Source: the human T2T-CHM13v2.0 reference genome, Homo sapiens
Direction: 5' to 3' (one strand)
DNA: 64,000 bases
Assembly (NCBI RefSeq): GCF_009914755.1
Contig: NC_060926.1
The position numbers were made by a program, and so were the translations under genes. The notes below the pieces were generated by a model that saw nothing but the letters and a program-made list of their open reading frames with translations, was not told where the DNA came from and made no database searches. Shown here piece by piece: positions 55,648 to 64,000 of the stretch (within the stretch, counting starts at the first letter, position 1; every line of letters starts with the position of its first letter).

Positions 55648-55740
55648 AATATTGTGAGTAATATTAATCACAATTAACAACATTATGATTAATATTATGA
55701 GTAATATTAATCACAATTAACGATATTGTGATTAATATTA
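55648..55740. repeat. Tandem 43 bp AT-rich unit, each copy a hairpin
   Basis: taatattaatcacaat-N7-att(a/g)tgattaatatta twice. Confidence 0.9.
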
Positions 55741-56444
55741 TATCACACTTTGGAGATTGCAAGTTGCCCTCATATACATCATATTTTATCTTGACTTTGA
55801 GAAGTTGTCAGCATGGTTATTTGTGTGTTATATTTCACAAATGAGTAAACAAATGTAGAACGGTAAAGTATTTAAGGACGTACGTCCAGGTAACATGGCA
55901 GAGCTAAGACTGATCTAAGGTGCTTCTTTAACTTCTGAAATAACCAGTGCGTGATAATCTTGAATGTAAAATGGATAAACTTATTTAAAACACGGAGAAG
56001 GTCAAAGACTCCCAAAGGCGGGAATTGCCCTGTTATCAGTTTATTCCTAGTCCATAGTGTATTAACTAGTAGGTCCCTAATATTTATTGGATGATTAATA
56101 AATGATCAGTGAACAGTGAAAACATGAATACATACATGCTCTCCTTCCCTCAAACTAGACATACAACAATTCTTTGATATGTATTAGGGTTGTAAGCTAA
56201 AAGTTAGCAATCCAAAGATTATTTCTAAATACTTAGCTGGTAGCAAGTTCAGTATCGAAAACACGCCCACATACACACACATACACACACAGACAGATGC
56301 ATGTACATAATCAAGCTACTCTATACCAAATTGCATTGCTATCAAAATCTTCAGTAACAGTTCACTATACATTTCTAATGATTTGCCTTTATTTTCAGTA
56401 TGTCACAAAGACATTGGAAACAGACATCTAGGTAGTAATAAAAG

Positions 56445-56925
<481 letters not shown>

Positions 56926-57871
56926 TGCTACAGTTCTTAGAATAGGCTTTTGTCAGGGAAAAACAATACGTCAATCTTTCCTCCTAGAAGCGTTTAGTAA
57001 CAGAATCAGGATTGCCCATACTAACGAAAGCCATCATCCTGCTCAAAAGAGTCAGAGCTGGGAATCACTTAGAAACATGTGTGCAGTACCAGAAATGATG
57101 CCCATTTTGTGTTGTGACGTCGTGCACCCAGAAATGAAACCACACAGTCCTGCTAGCTGAGACCATTTACAGCCACTATTGGCACCGAGTGGAGAGCGTT
57201 TCTCAGGCAGATATGAACAGACGGTGGTATTTCTCAACTACAAGCCCACAGCCAGGGAACTCAGCATATGTAGGCATCCTTTTTACCCCGAAGAAAAGTG
57301 ACTTTTAAGGAAATGAAATAGCAGCTGTATGAATCCCAACCAGGAGATGAAAGGGGGAAAGAAGAGAAGGGAGAGAGTGAGAGAGAGAGAGAATGACTTG
57401 GAGAATCATTTGTACCCATCTCGAGCACAGGCAGTGCACATTAAAGACAAAATACTTGGGTGTTAAAAAGCCAAAATGTGGGTGACAAAGGGCAAAGTTA
57501 AAACACTAGGAAAAGACAGAAAAGCTTCAGTACTTAACATATATTGATCTTATCCAAGAAAGGGCACAACATAAAGCATTTCTGACGAGTAATTGGATTA
57601 TGAGTAGCTAAAATTAACATAAAAGTTATGATTCAAAAAAATTATTAAAAATCACCTTCAAAAAGATGAGGAGAAAAATATGAGCACAAAATCCTACTAC
57701 TAATGAGTAACGAAAGTGAAGCTCAGTTCTTAAACAATACTTGTCCATTTAATCTTCATCAAGTAGGTATTTTATTATCAATAATAATAAATTATAATAG
57801 AGGCTCAGAAAGATTTATTATTTCAACCAAAGTCAACTGCCTAACTCCAGATTTCTGACATTTTTATTCTT

Positions 57872-58040
57872 GTGTTCCTCAAACATAAATGTGTATTAGA
57901 ATATCCAGGAGGGATTATTAAACCATAGATTATGGGCTCTATTCCCCGGGTTTCTAACTTAGGGCCCAAGAGTTTAGACTTCTCACTCATTCCCAAGTAA
58001 TGCTGCTGGTATAGACAACACACACTTTGAGAAGCATTGT
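57872..58040. mobile_element. MER5A
   Basis: agggcccaaga...ttcccaagtaatgctgctggt...cacactttgagaagcattg. Confidence 0.65.
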
Positions 58041-58226
58041 TCTGCTGGAGGATGCTATAAAAGACCAAGGCTTATCATTCAGTGTTAGCCCCTTGTTCTA
58101 CCCCAGATCCAACAATTCAAAGGAGGAACAGCCTGGAATCATCATTGGAATGATTAATCTCAATAAGAACTGCTAGAGGGTTTTGGAAATATGCATAAAT
58201 TATGAGTTGTATTAAACAGTTCACAA

Positions 58227-58547
<321 letters not shown>

Positions 58548-58621
58548 AAACAGTTCACACTAAAATGTATGTATCACTCTTTTTGGTTGAGTAGATTCCA
58601 GGAACCTGAGAGATGGAGGGG

Positions 58622-58632
58622 GAGAGAGAGAG

Positions 58633-58667
<35 letters not shown>
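58622..58667. repeat. (GA)n microsatellite
   Basis: Directly visible. Confidence 0.9.
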
Positions 58668-58670
<3 letters not shown>

Positions 58671-58964
58671 AGATTCAAAGATCTGATGGAAAGGGGCTGA
58701 AAACAGAGAAATTAGAGACAAAGACGCAGGAGCTGTGGAGAGGGGGCAATTGAGTGCCTTGGTGTGTGCATGCATGGTGAGCTAGAGAGTGTCCAAAGCA
58801 CAGGCCTTGCAATCTAATCAGAGAGCCATTGGAAGCCCAGGGACTTTCCAGGAGTAATACAGGCCAAATCGTATTTTTGAATCAGAATGAAAAACCATTA
58901 CAAAGAATGGGGTATGTTACCATTGGGTCAAGTGGCTGTATTTCTATTTTGGAACTAATCTAGC

Positions 58965-59450
58965 ATAGTAGGGAGTGTTGATGTTTATCTAACATCTAGT
59001 TGCCCTCTACTTGCCTGCTCCCAGAATCCTTACTCTATTCAAACAGAACTGTATCCAGACCCCATTCTCAGCATAAATCATGATTTATCTAATAGGGATT
59101 GTTCTGGTAGTAAGAACATATCTCCTAGCCCGAGAGACAAAACCAGTCTACAAGGTGACTTTTGGAAATTATTTTCCTTTGTGATAAAAGAAATGGTTAT
59201 ATGAGAAAAATATGCCATTCCTTCTTTAGACTTTGTTGTGTGAGAACTTGATGCTTAGATTCACAGCGGTCATCTGGTAAACCTGAGGGGAAGACTACTG
59301 ACAGCTAAAGGCAGTGATTTCAAGGGAAGGAGACAGTTGAGTACTTGAACTACCTACCTCCAAATTTCATGTTAAATGGGACAATTAAATGCTGTGTTTC
59401 TTCATTTGTTTTTTCTTATGGTTTAAGAAACTAATTATTGCAACTGGGAA
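58965..59450 (+). mobile_element. Old MLT1 (J/K-like) LTR
   Basis: tgatgcttaga...cagcggtcatct, ctacctccaaa, tggtttaag motifs. Confidence 0.4.
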
Positions 59451-59564
59451 ATGAGATGTGATCTTTCACTGTACTTAGCAAAACTGAGGCCAATTCTATC
59501 AATGACTGCAGTGTTTATGCCATGAAGCAAGACAATTTTGTATAACGTTTGAGAATATGTTCAA

Positions 59565-60130
59565 CTTTCTAAATTAAAAATGTGACCATTCTACTCCTCT
59601 AATTAAACCCTTCAATTAAATGCCACATAGGATTGAGTCCAGGTTCCTATAAAGACTTTCACTTTCTACCCTAGGTTTCCAGCCTGTTTTCTTCCCACTG
59701 GCTGCCTCCCACTTTATGCTTCAGTCATTCCAAATATCTTGTTCTTGCTCACAAATCTATTGTGCAATCAGTGCCTTGTGATGTCTGGTGCATTTCCCCA
59801 CCTATATTACATTCTCCTTCCCTTCCTTTCACATCCTCATCTGGATAACTCCAACTAATCACTCTAGCCTGACATAAGACCTCATCCAGGAAGCCTTCCC
59901 TAATGCTCCTTATACAAAATTATAGGCCAGCCTCTGTGTTCCCACTGTACCTCTGCCTTAACTCTCACTGATGTATTCATCATATAGTATTAATATAACC
60001 CACTAATATGCATGCCTTCTTTATTACACTAGATGGTCTTTAAGGAAAGGTGCAATAGTTTTAATTTTGTATTTTGAGTGCCTAGACAAATAATTGGCCC
60101 TTATAGAAAAAAATCTAGATTAATATTTTA
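59565..60130 (+). mobile_element. L2 3' region
   Basis: aaacccttcaat, ctcatccaggaagccttccct, agtgcctag. Confidence 0.65.
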
Positions 60131-60489
60131 AACACCTATCATGACAACATATTCTGCTGCTGGTAGCTTGAAATAAGAGACCCTTTAATCTATAAGTAAC
60201 ACTGAAAACCCATGATTTACACATGACTGTGATTACTATTACTTCTCCAGCTGTCACTAACAGATGAAGGATTATCCAGAGGTAGAAGGAAACCAGGAGG
60301 TTGATTTAAATTGTTTCCACTGGCATTCAAAATATTTGACCCTTCCAAAATGAATGTTAATAAGAATAATATTACCTGTTATTATAATGTGTATTGTAGT
60401 TCACAAAGCACTTTGTAGGTGCTTTATATTATATAATATTCACAATAACCCCAGATATAACTATTCTATTTGGGATATATGAAAGATCA

Positions 60490-60953
60490 GAATCCCTATA
60501 TAGTCTTAAAAATTACAGATGATGCCTAAGAGATTTCGTTATATGGAGTGTCTCCATCAATAACTACTGTATTGTAAAAACTAAATTATTTTCATTTAAA
60601 ATAACCATAAACCCATTTTATGTTAATGTATTTTATAAAAATTACTGTTTTACAAGCAAATATGATTGAGAAGATGGCCATTATTTTACATTTTTGGTAA
60701 ATCTCTTTAAGACTTGGCTTAAAAGAAGACTGATGGATTCTCACATTTGCTTTTGCATTCAATTTTTGTGCAGTATTATGTGTCATGTAGTCTCTGGGAA
60801 ACTCCACTGTACACTTATGAGAGACAGAGAATAGAATTGGCAAGTAATGTCAGTGTTAGTGTGAATGTAGTTTTTACTTTGCTTGCAGATCCTCTGAAAG
60901 AAACTGAAGAGAGACCCTCAGGAACCTCATAACCACACTTTGAGTCTAACTGC
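60490..60953. mobile_element. Charlie2-like hAT element inserted in a MIR
   Basis: aaatctctttaa...tggcttaaaagaagac...ggattctcac; gtcatgtagtctctgggaaactccactgtacact; accacactttgag. Confidence 0.65.
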
Positions 60954-62620
60954 TAGGTTAGACTAACCACAGATTACATGACTTACAGAAGTCAAACAAC
61001 TAATGAATGCCTGACCTAGGATGTGAAAATGAACCATTTACTATCAAGCCAGGGGCTGAGTTACAGGTCTTGTATTAGCATGTTTAAAAGTGTGGTGCTT
61101 ATATCTGATGTGACAATTAGGTGGTTATTAACCAATAGCTAATCCAGAAACATAGTCAAACTGTTTTTACCAGTACATCAGCTAAAGTGATAGTGTGGCA
61201 TGAGATTGAATTTGGCTCAGTCAACTGAGGTTGAGGTTGAAGTATTTCTGACATGCATGGGATTGGTTGTGATGCACAGGTGAAATTAGGCAGAGGTCAG
61301 GTCTACCATTTCCTGTGAAGTTGAGGGTTTTTAGTGGAGCCACTGGTTGGTTGGTTTCTAAAATATAGAAATTGAGAATGAGGTTCCAGTAAGAAAATAT
61401 TGATTAGAATCCAAGGAATTCCATATGCACTGATTATGCAGGTATTTTAATTGAATTGTTCTCAAACATAAGGAGAAAACCCTAAAGCGGTAATAATTTA
61501 AATCTCAAAAGAAATCTCTCTGAAATGGTCTCTAAGGCATTATGCCATCATGTATATAATGCCTTAGATGAAACAGTAAACCTTTCATTCATTCTAAACT
61601 TGTCTAGAAAAAAAAAATATAGTTAAGACAAACATGTAGAGGACAGAGAGCTTAGATTAGGATATTTGATTTGTGCTCATATTTATTTCGATTTGGATAC
61701 AATCTTAAGTCAAAACATGTAAGCTTATTTTAATTAATTCTATTGGCCAGCCAACACAATTAATGTTCATTATTTCAGTAAATATTTCAATGACAAACAC
61801 AGTCAGGGAAAAGGAAAATCCCTGAGGATTTTAAAATAGGTAAAAATACAGTTTATCTAGCCAAGACTGATCATTACAATAACCTTGGTTGGGGAGGAGA
61901 GGGATAAGGAATGAAAGCTTGTTTTGAGAAGAGGGTAACCTCAGCTAATTCCTGAATGATGAATAGAAGTTATCCAGATGAAGAAAAATTGAACATATTT
62001 ACACAATCCATATGTGTCATGATAAATAATGAATGTTTGACATAATGTGATCTCATTAAAATTTAATAACATAATAGCTTCAATACTTTTGGCCCCCATT
62101 TTAGAATTGGCAAAAAAAAAATGAAAACATACCAGCATTGTCTAAAGTGATGCATTTCGCAAATGGAATGATTAGTATTTGAACACAGTCTGAGTTCAAA
62201 CCACTTCAATAAAGCACACCAAGATGGCATGACACAGTGTGGGGATACCTGGCATATTCACTGCAAGACAGTGAGCATATATCCAGGAAAAATTGTAAAT
62301 GGCAAAGGATTAGAAGATACCACTGAAGAGGTGGGTAGGACTAGATCTCTGAGGTGACAGGAAATTCCTCCTGTAAGAATGTGGGTGGCTACCTTTGCAT
62401 TTTAGAAAGGGCTTTCATGTAGATAGCAACACATTGCCAGGAGATAGTTTAAATCTAAAATTTAGTGTTGGAAAATGCTCAGAGATCTCAAAAGCAACAA
62501 ATTAAATTTGTAAACACAAACAAGTAAAAGATTATTCCAATGCTCTGTTCAAACAACAAAGGGAAAAACTGTGTGTTAACAAAAGACCAATGAGATCTGC
62601 AAAAGCAAAACAACTTTATT

Positions 62621-62852
62621 ATTTTCTTTTTATTATTATTATTTTAAATATTTGTGGGTACATAGTACGTGTATATGTTTCTGGGGTACTCGAGATGTTT
62701 TGATACAGGCGTGCAATATGAAACAAGCACATCGTGGAGAATTGGGTGTCTTTCCCTTCAAGCATTTATCTTTTGAGTTACAAACAATCCAATTACATTC
62801 TTTAACTTATTTTAAAATATTCAATTAAGTTGTTATTAACTACAGTCAACCT
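62621..62852 (-). mobile_element. L1MA2-like short 3' insertion with TSD
   Basis: Same 3' end family as 40478-40905; TSD acaactttatt at 62610-62620 and 62853-62863. Confidence 0.85.
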
Positions 62853-63024
62853 ACAACTTTATTTTCTAAAAGCAATCTGCAGATTGCGGAGATGAAAGTG
62901 CACTTTGAAGAGGGTCTGGAATGCAGGAGATTATGAAGGTAAAAACTGCAGGGCAGGGAAGGGGAGGCAGGGGAATGAGGAACAGAGTCTGGACCAGATG
63001 ACCTTTAAGCCCCATATCATCAGT

Positions 63025-63290
63025 CTTTCTTGATTGGCTGGTTCCAGGTGGTCAGCTGGTTGGCTCCAGGTGACTTGCTAGCGGTCAGCTGGGAAATTTC
63101 CAGCTGCAGTACTTTTCAGGAACTGTTCTTTGACTCAGTTGCAGAAAAACAGGTTCTGCAACACTTTCTAAGGACACAACAGAATGTGACTGCCCTCTCA
63201 CCCTGCCATGGCCTCTTGGTTCTGCTTGTAACTTTTGAGCCACAGGGAATCCATCTTGTCTGCTAACTGGAGGCACAATTTGAAATGTTC
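63025..63290 (-). mobile_element. Probable ERV1 LTR fragment
   Basis: tgattggctgg, ccatggcctcttggttct, tccatcttgtctg motifs; family not resolved. Confidence 0.35.
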
Positions 63291-64000
63291 TTCTGATCCA
63301 CGTTCTCAATTTGTAAATCCACGTTTTTAATGTTTTATAATTATGGTTTGGACGGAGCTATAAAAAGTTGAAAGAGACTCTCAGCTATTTATCAGAGCTT
63401 TCCCTTTATGATAAGCACTCTAGGGAGAGGCTCATCCTAATTTGAAATAAAGTTAAGATCAGTTGTTCCAAAGGCATCCCCACTGCAAAATATGCTAACT
63501 TAACCAAAGCCCTGCATGTTGCTAAGTCAGGTTCATGAAACTGGCCCATACCTGCTGTAATAACTTCTTTAGGAGGGAAAAGCCACAATGGCAAAAGGCA
63601 ATAACAACTCAAAAAACAAACAAACAAAAACCCAAAAAACTAGTGGGGTTTTCATAGGAAGAGTAAAGCAGTGAGGTTAATCGCAGCAATAGGGTCAATC
63701 CAAGCTTCAAATGTAAGTACAAAGTTGTAAATAAAGAAGAAATACTCAAGTATCAAAGATGCCAATATTTGGGGGTGTTAAACTTGAACTATTATAGCAA
63801 ATGAAAGCTCAGAATAATGTAAAGAAAACCAATATGGAGCAAGAATTAATGGTTAAAAGTGTGTGGAGAATCCCAATGTGCTTATATGAGATACCCCAAG
63901 TAAGGGTGATTTTCACATTTTCTACTATTTCTATGCCTTGGACAGATTCTAGGTTAAAATAACAAAACTGTATATCATGTGGTTTTTCAAGAAGGCCAAT

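Noticed and set aside
58840-58849. Canonical GGGACTTTCC NF-kB site, and the idea of window-wide NF-kB enrichment
   Set aside because: A few consensus matches are expected by chance in 64 kb; this one sits in probable L2 remnant with little supporting context

Overview
AT-rich primate (most likely human) non-coding genomic DNA, either intergenic or deep intronic. I cannot support any host protein-coding exon, tRNA, rRNA or CRISPR array, and I cannot name the locus. Much of the window is interspersed repeat: 9 Alus (J, S, Y; most with target-site duplications), old L1 fragments, L2/MIR, MaLR/ERVL/ERV1 solo LTRs (MLT1, MSTC, MLT2A1, MLT2A2, MER52A, MER51/57) and hAT/Tigger MITEs. The largest element is a ~7 kb L1MA-type insertion (46000-53044) with a twin-priming 5' inversion, sitting inside an L2 and itself hosting an AluY and a MER44 that hosts a MER52A LTR. 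The listed ORFs are repeat-derived or chance; only the decayed L1 ORF2 pieces are recognisable. The most unusual signals are fold-back structures in non-repeat DNA: a ~126 bp, ~90% identical inverted repeat (5363-5962) and an 80-nt pre-miRNA-like hairpin (11136-11215). There are also several templated duplication/inversion scars and a minisatellite born from the L1 RT catalytic-site codons. I see no evidence for a novel multi-gene system. Repeat subfamily names are from recalled consensus features and need RepeatMasker/Dfam confirmation.
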